A stretch of 63,345 nt of DNA, counting the filler, from Asterionella formosa (Eukaryota): the NCBI GenBank assembly GCA_002256025.1. It is 10 parts of 10 records of this genome, joined end to end, with 100 filler letters (N's around TTAATTAATTAA, not from the genome) between each part and the next. Parts side by side here need not be neighbours in the genome. Positions count along the whole stretch, not along the records: positions 25,242 to 50,365 come from NKIB01002073.1; 9 more parts are not named here. One strand, 5' to 3'. This document shows, one piece after another, positions 38,470-50,465 of this stretch (positions are counted from its first letter, which is position 1; every line of letters starts with the position of its first letter). Both the position numbers and the translations under genes were made by a program. The notes under the pieces were generated by a model. It did not search any database, was not told the DNA's origin, and was given only the letters and a program-made list of their open reading frames with translations.

Positions 38470-39080
38470 TGATGCGAACGAACCTTATGAAAAAAGGAAT
38501 CACGATTTTTGTGGAGGCAGGTGTAGATGCAATACTGCTGTATCTGCAAGAGCTTCACAACTGAGAAGTCATACAGCCCAAAAATGCATCCAAGCTATCA
38601 GGTAGCGATAAAAAGGGTTACTACAATACTAAACATTCCTGAAAAAGATGCGTAATGGCACAATTAAAGAAGGGGATATGCAGAGGGAAGAAAAGAATGA
38701 GATTACATCTCCAAGGAAGAAGTATCCAGCTTGCCAACAGTTGCAATGTAATCAGTACTATTGTTGTTGAGTGTCATAGATGCAAAGGGATATGACATCA
38801 TGGACTCAATCATCAGTCAGTACAACCAGAGTGCAATGCTACTGGAAAATAACAGCCGTGCCTCCAGCAGCAAATGGACTTGCCATCATATTAACGTTTG
38901 CTACTTCTTTTTCACCAACCGTATTGCCTCCAAGGAGGTCTCTGTCACATATTGTCCAACTGGCAATATGATTGCCGATTTTTTCACAAAAACCCTCCAG
39001 GGGTTGTCATTCAAAAAGTTTTGGGATCAAACCCCGAACATTGATCCAGTGACCTGACAGCTCATTGGATCACAGGATTG
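38470..39080 (+). mobile_element. Copia RT start fused to RNase H end (internally deleted), with PPT/LTR junction
   Basis: MKKGITIFVEAGVDAIL..LQELH; YNQSAMLLENN.RASSSK.T.HINVCYFF...YCPTGNMIADFFTKTLQG; CACAGGATTGTGCTAG at ~39071. Confidence 0.8.
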
Positions 39081-40585
39081 TGCTAGCTAGACAACTTACA
39101 TATGACAATTGCACAAGATGATGGATGGACTATGCTCCTCCACAAACATAGTAAGAAAAAGCGCCACATAGACAATGAAAAATGCAACAACACCACATAC
39201 CAGAATAGCAGTTACTAACTATCTGGTTTACAATCAATTCGACTACTCTATGTGAAAATTCCACTCATTCTGTTGTGTCATCGGCACAGTTGGGGAATGC
39301 AAATACTGTAGTTTCAACAGCCAACGCGTAAATCTCATTGCTGCATCATCAGCCGCATCAAGCAGCACAAACAAAAATCGTCGCAACATGCAATCCAAAA
39401 TGCCTACTACTCCATCCAATCTTCTGGTACTAGAGTTTTGATTATACACAATATCTGTTTGGAGGATAGAAATTTGATGGAGGCCTGCTTTTCAGATAAG
39501 CAAAGATTGAAGATAAGCCCATTGCGGCTGATATCAGAGTTATCACAACAATCCTTGGCGCCTTCATTGTTGATTGACAAATGTCATTTCCGGAATGTCA
39601 TAAAATGATATTCATTTCTTCTTTCATAAACCTCCTAAAGTAGGCAAAGTTTGCGATTTAGTGCGACATGAAGACAAACAGAAGGCATGAAGAGGAAATA
39701 ATCTTGGCAACGGAGTCTTGGGTGTATCCTTTGGTCCATCATCATGTTCGGAGACTGGAGTGGCGATTCGGGATTGCTGTATGAGAAGGAGGCTGTTAGG
39801 CGCAGGTGAATACACTTGGAAGCAAATTTGCGTGCTGTCCCATGAGGTGTCCAGCCAGCCATATCCAGCAATCTTCCGATGTCACCATGCGATAGCAGGA
39901 GGACAAACTATTCACTCTATATGTTCATAGAAATTGAATTAACCAAAAAATATAGACTTTAAAGTGTTAATCAATGCATCTACTGCTCTTTGATTCACAA
40001 CAGTAGCTGCATTGTTAATTATCATTAGCAAGAGCAACAATGATGGACCTATCAATTTGTTGCAACAAATGCCCCAGCATGCAAGTCACCATGATGGCTG
40101 GTACCACCAACTTAAGCAGTTCCACCATCAAAGGAGGGAGGTCATGAAAAGTTGAAATATTTGACAGTAGAAAAAAGTGAAGAAATCAAAATCAAAATTC
40201 CTCAAATAAACATTGGCCAACATGACATTACCATAGATGACATACCAGGGCAAAATGTTCATCCGTAACATGGACTGCTCCATGTGCCTTTGGATATGAT
40301 AAAATCCTCATATCATGATGCTTACGTACAAATTGTGAAGGTCAACATTTGTACTTACGCACCTGTACTTCCATGTGGATGTATACGCAACGCCTGTTAC
40401 CAGGTACCAGGTACCTGGTACCAGATACTACATATGCATCTCCTCAAAAAAATGATTCCATGACCAATATGTATGACTGTCCACGGTATTCCCTGCTACA
40501 TCAGTCGAATTTATAGAGGGGTACCATAGAGACCGTGATCCCAAAGCGATTCACCAGCATCCACATTGACTCACTCTTCCTGACC

Positions 40586-41152
40586 ATGTCCTCCTATCAG
40601 ATGCCCACCAAGCTCTCGAAGCAGCTACAGATGTTGCCAGGAAACAATATCTGCGTTGACTGCGGTCGCAAGGACATTCCTGCCGACTGGGCGTCGGTGC
40701 CCTTCGGAATTTTCATGTGCCTGACTTGCAGCGGTGTTCATCGTGGACTAGGCACGCACTTGAGCTTCGTGAGATCAATCAAGATGGACTCATGGAGCGA
40801 GAAGCAAATTGAAAGTATGCGCCAAGGTGGAAACGAAAAGCTTAATTCTTATCTTGAGAAGAATGGCATCGATAGGACAACAGTCATCCAAAAGAAGTAC
40901 GACAACGACGTTGCCCAGCTTTACAAATTGCAGGTAAAAGCCAGAGTGGAAGGAGAACCGGAGCCCACTGAACTTATCAAGAGTGAGAAGAAAACCTCCC
41001 AACAAAATTTTAATTACCAGGGTTTCGGATCCGCGCCTCCGCCTAGACGGAAACGAGGTAACAAATTTCTTCAAAAACTTGCAATTCCAGCTGGGATCGC
41101 TGTAGGAGCCATTTTCATGTGGAGAAACAGAGAGAAACGAGAAATTCCCTAG
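40586..41152 (+). CDS. ArfGAP-domain protein with C-terminal hydrophobic anchor
   Basis: CVDC..WASVPFGIFMCLTCSGVHRGLGTHLSFVRS..MDSW...GGN includes the arginine finger; tail LAIPAGIAVGAIFMW flanked by basic residues. Confidence 0.92.
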   Translation: MSSYQMPTKLSKQLQMLPGNNICVDCGRKDIPADWASVPFGIFMCLTCSGVHRGLGTHLSFVRSIKMDSWSEKQIESMRQGGNEKLNSYLEKNGIDRTTVIQKKYDNDVAQLYKLQVKARVEGEPEPTELIKSEKKTSQQNFNYQGFGSAPPPRRKRGNKFLQKLAIPAGIAVGAIFMWRNREKREIP

Positions 41153-42764
41153 GCCAAAGAAAACGGTGTAATTTGCAGCGTCACAATTAAGCTTGTAGAT
41201 ATATTTCGAAGATTTGGTTGGGAACCAATTCTGGTTTTCTTTGATTTCATGTGGCCCCGTCGGTTCAAGTCATTCGATGACGGCTAACACATCGCTGTTG
41301 AAAATGGGTTTCCTTCGTTTAAAAATGAGAAATCAACTGGTGGCAGCCTGTTCAGTGCAGTGTGTGTGTGTTTGCCTGATCGAGCTTGAGAGTACACCAA
41401 ATTTTAAAGAACGGGTCTATAGATCAGTCTCTTAACTGTTGAATAGAGATAGCGCACTGCCATTACCTCGGAAATTTTTAACAGGGATTCTGTCTTTGGT
41501 GAAGTAGAGTGAGTACCCTGTGGTCCATATCACAAGATATTACTACTCGTAATAGCAAAACTAACAGATTGAACTACATCTATTTCATTGGTAGAGATTT
41601 AGCTGCGAGAAGCAAAAAGATAGTTAAAAAATAGATGGCGAGAATACGGTTTCAGAGCATCGTTTGATTTGTTTTGAATGTCTCTATTGTCCTAGAATGT
41701 GTAAAAGTACCTTTTGTTCAACCATAACACAACCATTCAATTGACTTCCCTTTCCCCAGAAAGGGCGGAATCTGGTTATCTACGGTGCACCAGATATTGA
41801 CTGGAAGTAGTAAGTAAGCACCTGTATCCTTTGGTAAACCAAATAGAATATGTACTCATAAGTTTCACTTCATCAACGAAAATACTTTGTAGAATCTAAC
41901 ATCCAGATAACTTCCACCGGAATATAAATCGGCTTGAGCCCATGCAGATTCTCATGTCCTCGGTTCGGCAACATGAATTCGAGTGAGGGGTTACGGGAAA
42001 TGAAAGAATATGGTAATTAATGGAGTGGTAATTGAATATGGAACACATTAGACTACACGTATTTACTGCCAAGAGTTGGTAGATGCTACGTATCTGTAGC
42101 TCTCACACAGTAAAAGTTGCTAGAAAAATGTTTCTACACAATTTGTTTGTGTTACTTTGTTTGCTAATAGTTGTTTTTATAAAAGAGTGAGCTTAATGTA
42201 AATGTAAATTTGAATGTATAATTTTGAAACTTCCAAGCTCATGCATGTTTCAAAATAGAGGTGATCTTCGTTCATTTGTGTTCCCAACTTGAACTGAGAA
42301 TAAACTACATCCTCTTCCTAAATACACATTTGTCTTAATCTTGGCCTGTCTCAACTTAGGCCAGATGCTGTTTGATCGAAGACTGCTTACAGAATGATCC
42401 TGTTAATCATAACTAGATCATATCTAGTTTGCTTCTTTAATGTTCCTTGATTTTGCGGAAATATCTGTAATTGTCTAGTCAATCATTTATTGATTTGGCC
42501 TCTAGGTCCGATTGTCTTCTAGAGTCCAATTAATAGGTTAGAGAGAACTTCTCCTGAAAGTTCCTCTCTCAACTGTGGCATTTTACACGCGATACTTAAC
42601 CATGTGTCCTTGACTCAATCATCTAGTGGATTGTGGTACATGTTCCTAATCAGGTCACTTGAGACGAAAATATATTGACACTCTCATAAGCTGATCAGGA
42701 ATCAGGAATCTCTATGTGTTTCAACTCCAAGAAGCAAAAGGCTGAGATCTCATCAGCTCAGCCA

Positions 42765-43370
42765 TGTCAGAGTGTGTCTGTTAGGCTGTTGATGTCGACA
42801 GGTGTCTGAAGACTAGGTAGTCTGAGGAATGTCCAAACAGAAATAGTCAGGATTTATATAGCAGAAGAATCTGCAGACGAGCGGCGCGAGTTTGATCTTG
42901 ACTGGTCATTCCAGGGCAGTACTGGAGCTCGCTAGAGTGGGCGCCACATATTTCCACATGGTACCAGGTAGCGGGCTCGTTAGTACAAGTGGTACGAGGA
43001 TATACGTGAAAACCAGAGGTCGACAGTTGGAGTCCTCAGCAAGAACAGAAAAGAGAAAAAAGAAAAAAAGAGACGAAGAAAGAGAGAGGGCACTATGAGA
43101 ATTCCTGTAGGAAAGGATGTGTCAAGCATACACATTAGGATGATGTGGTATGTCGAGCATCAACAGGGGAGGGTGTCAGAGTGTGTCTGTTAGGCTGTTA
43201 ATGTTGACAGATGTCCGAAGACTAGGTAGTCTGAGGAATGTCTAAACGGAAATAGACAGGATTTATATAGCAGAAGAATCTGCAGACGAGCGGCACAAGA
43301 AAGATCTTGACTGGTCATTCCAGGGCAGTACTGCTGGAGTGCGCTAAAGTGGGCCCCATATATTTCAACA
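42765..43370 (+). mobile_element. TRIM-type non-autonomous mini LTR retrotransposon (606 bp)
   Basis: LTR1 42765-42958 and LTR2 43174-43370, both TGT...ACA; PBS-like TGGTACCAGGTAGCGGG at 42959; PPT AGGGGAGGG at 43165-43173; TSD GCCA at 42761-42764 and 43371-43374. Confidence 0.88.
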
Positions 43371-43867
43371 GCCATTCACAGCTGTTATTCATGGCAAGGA
43401 GTATTACATGGTGCTCCAGGTACTGGTATGAGTACCAGCAAGTTGCAGTAATTTTGCTGAACTAAGATGTAGCTCTCTTTATCCAATATTAAATTCTTCA
43501 TTTAAGCAAAATGACCGCATCTGGTCATTGGGAGTGCGTCAAAACTGAAAAGGTGCACATAAAATGTGTGCTACCGGACCTTGAAGTAACTTTGACACAA
43601 TTATCGTCTCATCCATTTCATCTTTCTCCATAATTAGTCTGTGTCATTGCTTTGTGAGTGCTTTGTATATTAGATCGGTTCATAGAATACTAAAATAGCA
43701 AACCAGAAATATTAAGTGTGAATAGCATAATGGTTTTTGAATTTGGTGCTAAGTAGGAAGCGTGTCCCATTCCCTCAATCCGTGTTTAAAATCCGGCCAG
43801 CTCCAATCTCTGGGTTCTGCAGCAGTCAAGTTGTGCTTTGCCGAGCTACTTTCGAGTCACTGCAAAT

Positions 43868-46800
43868 TTATGTTTGATGCATGGTGGCATGCGCTTCTTG
43901 CCCTGCCATTGCTGATTGAGAGGTGAATGCTGGAGTGTTGTCTGGCAGATGAAAGAATGTTGTTGTTGTAATCATCTTTTGACTGACAGATTTTGTAAAT
44001 TCCGCCACCTGTTTGCGGATGTAAATTAGAAACAGGTCTGATTTCCAATGTCTAATTAGCATGACCATGTAGATAGGAACTCCAGATAGAATCATGGCCA
44101 TCACTGCTGCTCTTTGTAACGAATTTAGGCCGATATCCTGTGGATCATGGCCAAGGTGATTGTGGCCAAATTCCATTGCAAGTTTCCAAACACGTTGGAT
44201 CACTGTCTCTGATTTAAGCGTATATGAGTGCATTCCCAACTGGTAGGTATTTATGCTGGATGCTATGCTTTGGCCGGGTATGGCCAATAAGCGATTGACG
44301 ATACATGCGCACTCCTTGTCAAATGGGGGACATGATTGGGTTGGTCATGTGTCTTGGTTGCGAAATGTGATTCAGATGATGTCCGCGAGGTGGTCGAGGT
44401 GCAGTGTTGGGTGATATCCATGCAGGCCTGGAAGAAATGTAGATCCTGCACACACAGAAATTTTGCTTGTCATTTGCCCCGGTGATTGATAAATACTCGC
44501 AGGACTGCATGGCGAAGAAGAATGCTACAATGACGAGAGGCCCAAGGCAAGCATCCCCTGGGGTCGCGTGTTTAAAATAAACTCGATTTTTAATGCTTGT
44601 TGGTGTTTAACGGCTGGATCAGTATGTTGGTACTAGGCAGAGAACTGTAGGCCTAGAATCCGGTCAGTTTTTCCCTGTAGGTTTGTATCGGGGTTGGGTG
44701 TGTCATTTCCCACAAAGGTCGCTGATAGAGATGCAATGGTATCACGGACTGTTGCTGATGCCAGCGGAGAGTCGCGATGCGCGCTGAACTCTGCTTGCCG
44801 AACGGCATGCGCGAAGGCGCCAACGAGTCGTGTGCGCTGTGCTGGGGAAAGTTTAGCGAGGAAGGGATCAGTGACATCACAGAATCCGATGGATGCAAGA
44901 AATTCTTGCCAAATGCGGAAGACGTGGCTGAGCTTCCCTTTGGTGTTAGCCTGAAGTCCGTGGGAGGAGCGGGCCTGATCTGCATCCACGAGGAAAGTCT
45001 GGAGACGATGTCTGTGGCGAGCGGCCAGATGGAGAAATTCGGGGGCATCTGATGATCAGCGGAATGTTGAAGGAGTTGTTGTGTTAGTTGCGTGGTCGAG
45101 AGGTGGTGGTCGCATGAGAGGGAGTCGGCAATCACATTCTCGACGCCAGCCAGGTATCCATTGACTGTAACTGCACGCCTGTGTCGTCTCGAGCGTCGCC
45201 GCAAGCCAGCAAGATGTTGCGAGGTGGATCGATTTTTCCGAGCCCTGGAAGCGTGCGCTCCCGCGGTGAAGCCAATAATCCGCAGTCGAGTTGTCGAGTT
45301 GGGAGAGTATGCAGTTGTCGGTTTTTATGTTGCCAACGGCGGTTTTAGTGACAATGGTGGTGATGGAGGCTAGGTATCATACTAGGGGGTTTAGCGACAG
45401 TCAGAATCTCAAATCGCCAGGCTTGGCCCAATGCGAGGGAGAAACGACTGATCCTGTGTTGGCAAGCATTGGTGCAAAGTAATATGGTGGAATGCGGAGA
45501 TTTAAACGATTTAGGCTGATCCCCTGTCTCAGCACAGTACGAAAGAAAACTAGCCATTGCCGCAGTTTCTCTTTCTGTAATTCTACTAATGTTATGCTTT
45601 TTCCGCCCAATCTTGCTCAGAGTTCAGCTCATCGGAGGTGACGGATGTTGCCGCAGGCTGTCGGGGTTTCTTACATTCAAGGCATGGTTCAACCGTCTAA
45701 TTGTAGTGGCCAAAGCATCACAATCAACTGTATTTGACTGTAGAGTTTGATCAATTTCGGCGTTCCAGGTCATGAGTTTGTCCTGAGGAAGGTGAAGCCA
45801 GAGTGTGCATGTGTTTATTTCTTCCCAGCCAAGAATTATCTTTGATTCTTCTGGGGAACCTTCTGCAATCATCTTGTTGTTGTTGAATGCTAGTAGATCA
45901 TTGCATTTCAGGGGTTTGTTCTCCGAAATGGATCTGCCTATTAGATGTAGCATAAGCAGTGTGATCCTCGAACCTGTCCATATCGGAGTAGTCTGATCCA
46001 GAAAACCTGTGAATAGATCATGTAGATAACGCTCCATGAAAAATGGGGCTAGGGCGGTCGTGATCTCCATGATTGTGGGTAGTGTAATGTTGCATGGTGC
46101 CTGGCTATCTTGGTAATGAGGTGTAGTGACGTATTTGTGCTGATGTGGGGATTCCAATGTGGGGTGTGATTTGGGATTCCATGACTCGCATTGTGAAAGC
46201 AGATTACATGTGTTGCACACTGATTTGGAGACGTCACTCCACATGCTTGAGTTTGGTGTGCCACCAAAGGTCATGCGTAGAGCGGCAAGGAGGGCAATAT
46301 CGTCGACAATGACTATGGCCTGTGACACGCTGATGCCCGATGTGTGTAGACGGCGGTACACAGCTGTAAAATCTAATTTAGTCATTCGAATTTGAGTGTC
46401 TGGGTGGAGGCAACATAGGTCCACTATGTAATGGATAAATCGCCTTAGTGAGGTTTAGTAGCAGCAAGGCGTCAAGGAGTCAAATATCACATGTGTGTTG
46501 ACCAATGTCCCCAGCAAGAACTCAAATGATTGGTTGTGAGTCAGCCAGTCTTTGAAAATTATTTACCCATGTTTGTTAATCATAGCTTGCGTGACTAATC
46601 TCAGTACCAGGTAGTGCGATTACAGCGTGAGGTAGTGCTCGAATTTTTTTGGGCGGGAGTGGTAGTTGCCAGCCGCATTCGACCTCTTTGCGTAGAAGTG
46701 CCTTGACGATGCACATCACTTTCAGTTTTGTAGAGGTGTGGTTTCCACGTGAAATGGCTTGTTCGAGATCATGTACCGTTAGTTGTTTATCATCTGGTAG

Positions 46801-48890
46801 TGATGTCAACGGAAATTCGACCCCAGTTGTGAGTGGAACAATCAATTGTGGCCAGAGTGGGTGGTAGTCCAGTGCATAGTGGTTGCAGTAGATTTACGAC
46901 GCGGGACTCGGACCCATTACTAAGTGGCAAGTTCGCCTCCTGGCTCGTGATTGCCCTTGTGATGTCCACATCGAATTGCGCTACAACTGTCCAGTTGTGT
47001 TCCGCTGCCTCGGTACTCCAATCGAAACGAAACATGGGTGCGCACATACCTGGTGAAAGGGTGTCCATGATGAGCGTGATACATCGAAGTAGCTAGCGTG
47101 CGCTCTATGTTATCTCGCAGAGTGGCGGAGGTGGGTCGACTATCGATATGTGGAGTCGGGTTTCTGGCATAGCGCAGTGCGGAGTCGTTGCATGTATGTG
47201 TCGGGTCTGCTTGGTGTGGCTTTCTGGCTGCTGTCAGCGCGACTGCCTCCTGTGACGTTGCTGATACCCGGTACAAATCGCTTTACGAGATTGACTTACC
47301 CATTATGGTTTGAATTGTCGCACCATGCGGGAGTGCCACGCTGTGCCGTTGTGTGTGCTGGGGGCGGTGGCAATGGTGGCCGCATGGGTGATGATGTAGG
47401 GAGTGGTGGCAAGTTTGGTGGTGTGACACCCGTTGGTGACGGAATATTATGGTTCCGAACCGGTACCCTGTCCAGAAATCGGGATCGTGAGGTGCATAAT
47501 AGTTTTGACATGTCATCCGTGGAGCTCTTTTCGTTCGGCATGACGGACACGGTAGGTGAGGCAATATGGCTGGGTATGTTCGAGTGGTACGACTAGTGTT
47601 GATAGACCGCAGTAGGCTGTTAACGGTTTCGTTAAATAATTCGTTACAGCTACTCGGTTGTGCCCTAATCAATTCGATGATTCCGGCATGGCTGCGCGAA
47701 TCGCCTCGTTGAAAAATGTCGTAAATGTCTTCTTGTTGTCACCTGTCAACTGAACATGCGCCTCTTTTCTATCACAGGTGTCAATACAGATCCCGGAGAT
47801 TGGCCAGCGGCAGCAGTTATTCGTGGAACCATTTACCTTGTTGGGTGCTTGGCGGAGAACGGATGACGGAAAAGCGTCGCAGTAAATGATGCCGTGCGGG
47901 AGGCGAAAAAGAGGGTCTGCCCAGGAGTTTGTCATGGCGTGGCCTCGAACAAAAGAGTTTTAGTGTGTGGGTGATTCCCGTCTGGCGAATGATAATTGTG
48001 TTGTCGATTTCGGGCATGATGGTGTATGTCTGCAAGGTTGTTCCTCCGATTGGTCTTCCCTGTTTCGCTTGAAGAGTAGAAAAAGTGCTGCGACCCAAGT
48101 ATGTAGCTAGTGGTGAGATCATGTGATTGCCCACCACGATCTGTCATTATTGCTGCGAATAATCTAAGACATGAAAGTCCATATCATGAATGGATTTTGC
48201 GTCTATCGAATTCCTCCAGAACGCTTGGATCATGTTGTCCACCATGATGGTAATTTGATGGGCGAAGAAACAGATGTCCAAATTGGAGCAATGTCGGTAT
48301 GTAGCGCGGTTCTCTTCAATGTGTGTCAGCCATGTACACAGTTGATCCGCCATGAAACAATTGCCCAAAACAAACAAGACAATGGCGATCATATTCTTGA
48401 TGGTAGTTTCGAAGTCAGTAACAGTTTGTGCAAGATCAATCAGCAGTTTCTTGTTGCCCAGTCTTTTATGATCTGGGTATAGCAATCTCCATCACCCGCC
48501 GCATCAATAGTAGTATTGGAAATGATTTCAATGTCTGAGGAGGAAACCATGCTGTTAGATTCTGACAGAAGCTTAAACAGGCTGATGTGTGAAGGTACCT
48601 TGGTGGGATCGTGGTTAAATTGAAGTTGAATAATGCACAATGTTGTAAACAGATCCAAATGTAGGTCTTGAAAATTAGGATTGATTGAAGGTATTCTGCC
48701 ATAAATTGTTGTGCTGCTGAAGTATTTGAGCTGAGTGAGAGGATTGTAGCCAGGGATTGAATGGGCTCTGTTACAATATCTTCATCATGAGCAGCCATTA
48801 AGCTAAGAATCTGGTCTTGAAGGAATTTAGTTTGCTTGTCCCCCCAAGCTCTTGAAGAGGAGGGTGTATTGGAGGATCTAGCCTCCACTA
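43868..48890 (-). mobile_element. Decayed tyrosine-recombinase retrotransposon (Ngaro/DIRS-like): gag-like, RT, RNase H, YR
   Basis: C/H finger CCRWPISGICIDTCDRKEAH; RT KLDFTAVYRRLH, LRMTFGG.PN, YLHD (decayed YxDD), ILGW; RNase H YLAGVENVIADSLS; overlapping YR frame with FFAMQSCEY, IGLNSLQ.AA.MAM, HWKSDLFLIYIRKQ. Confidence 0.88.
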
Positions 48891-49535
48891 GCTAGCCAAT
48901 CAGTATTCGTAGCAAGATTTGATGCTGCACTCATGAGTGCTGCGGCTACCTGCGCCATACTTTTGTCTCAAGATTTAAGCGTATCCGTGTTCCTGGGAGT
49001 GGTCTGCCCTGCCTCCACCTGGGAACTTGTGGGCAATGCAATGTGTGAGTCAGTATATCACTTGATGATGTAGTGATATATATAAGAGATTGAGTCTTAA
49101 ATGGAAGGTAATGAAAACTAGAAATTTCCAGAAGATTACAGATTGTAGAAGGATCCAAGGTTGTGTAGAACTTAAGTGACAAACTGTGTGAAAGGTTGAG
49201 AAGGGTGGATCTTGTAGGGATCCAAGGTGGTGGATCTTGTAGGGATCCAAGGTTGAAAGAAAGGAATGAATGTAAGTTTGGTTGACAAAACTGATGTTAT
49301 TCAATTATATGAGCTAATTCTAGTTGGCAAAATGAGGAAGGTGAGGAAGTGCCAGAAGCAACTAATGAAGTGCTGGCATCATAGAATAGGTAGTGAATCT
49401 ACAGAATCCTAAGGGAAAGGTAGAGAAATGCCAGTAGCAAGATCAGAGGTGCTGACAGTAAGCTGTGTATGAAATGTACAGCCTGGTACCATAGACCTGC
49501 CTACTTGGTACCAGCAGCATTGTGCTGGTGCTGAA

Positions 49536-49719
49536 GGCAATACACACCCAAGGTGGTCTCTTGCCTGTGAGTATACATGTGTTGGAGGCTGGGTGGCGCG
49601 AGTAGCTTGACCGTACGAGTGGCGCCCCCGGCGCTGCGAGAAGGTCACCCTACAAGTGCCATCCCAGTCGAGTACACATGTATACGAGAAGGCAAGTAGC
49701 CGCCGAGAAGGGTATTGTT
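49536..49719 (+). ncRNA. Candidate structured RNA: long rod-like imperfect hairpin
   Basis: Nested helices GGTGGT/GCCGCC, CTTGCCT/AGGCAAG, GTATACATGTGT/ACACATGTATAC, GGCTGGG/CCCAGTC, TGGCGC/GTGCCA, GTAG/CTAC, TGACC/GGTCA, GTGGCGCC/GGCGCTGC; helix deviations read as G-U on the + strand. Confidence 0.55.
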
Positions 49720-50465
49720 GAGGCAATTCCCGCTCTAGCCATCGTCGCGTCATTCGCTTACCTACTGCCCACAAATTTAGCATAAATGTCAATTTTAGCC
49801 TACTATTGCCCATCATATAAAATATATTTTGGATATTTCCTATCTTCACCTCGAAAATTGCCAAAGGTCCGATATTGCCCTTCATTAAAATATATTTTGT
49901 ATATTTCATATGTTCGCATTTTGGCAAGACAACAGACACCAATTGCCCCTCGGTTTTCCAGCCCTGGGATTGCCAAAATCGGCAAGGGGTCTACTTAAGG
50001 AAACTAATTTATATACTAAACAGATTTTGATAATTTATATCTAGAATTCACCTCGTTTTTGTTCGTCTCCTGAAAAGTGGACTCTGGCAATTCACCTTTC
50101 ACCATGCCAATCGTCGTCCATCATGACCGGTTTGAAGCGAAATCAGTTCCGCAATGACGCCAGTAGCGATTCTTTGCCTAACGGATGCGGTTGATTGTTG
50201 GATTGCTTGTCTTCTCGAGGTATTCATGTAGTCGCATTGTCCATATTTCGTCGGACGAACGATGATATCGATACATCTGATGTTGGTGGCAAGTTTTTGC
50301 TCCGGTCATGTATGTAATGATGCTTAACGGATATTCTACTGGTACCGGCAGTCATCTAGTCTACANNNNNNNNNNNNNNNNNNNNNNNNNNNNNNNNNNN
50401 NNNNNNNNNTTAATTAATTAANNNNNNNNNNNNNNNNNNNNNNNNNNNNNNNNNNNNNNNNNNNN

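Noticed and set aside
43770..43870. Possible ribozyme at the 3' end of the YR element
   Set aside because: No hammerhead core (CUGANGA with GAAA) or other ribozyme consensus found by eye on either strand.
49042..49303. Possible solo LTR containing a 25-bp direct repeat (GGTGGATCTTGTAGGGATCCAAGGT twice)
   Set aside because: TG..CA ends can be drawn, but no TSD, PBS or PPT was found.
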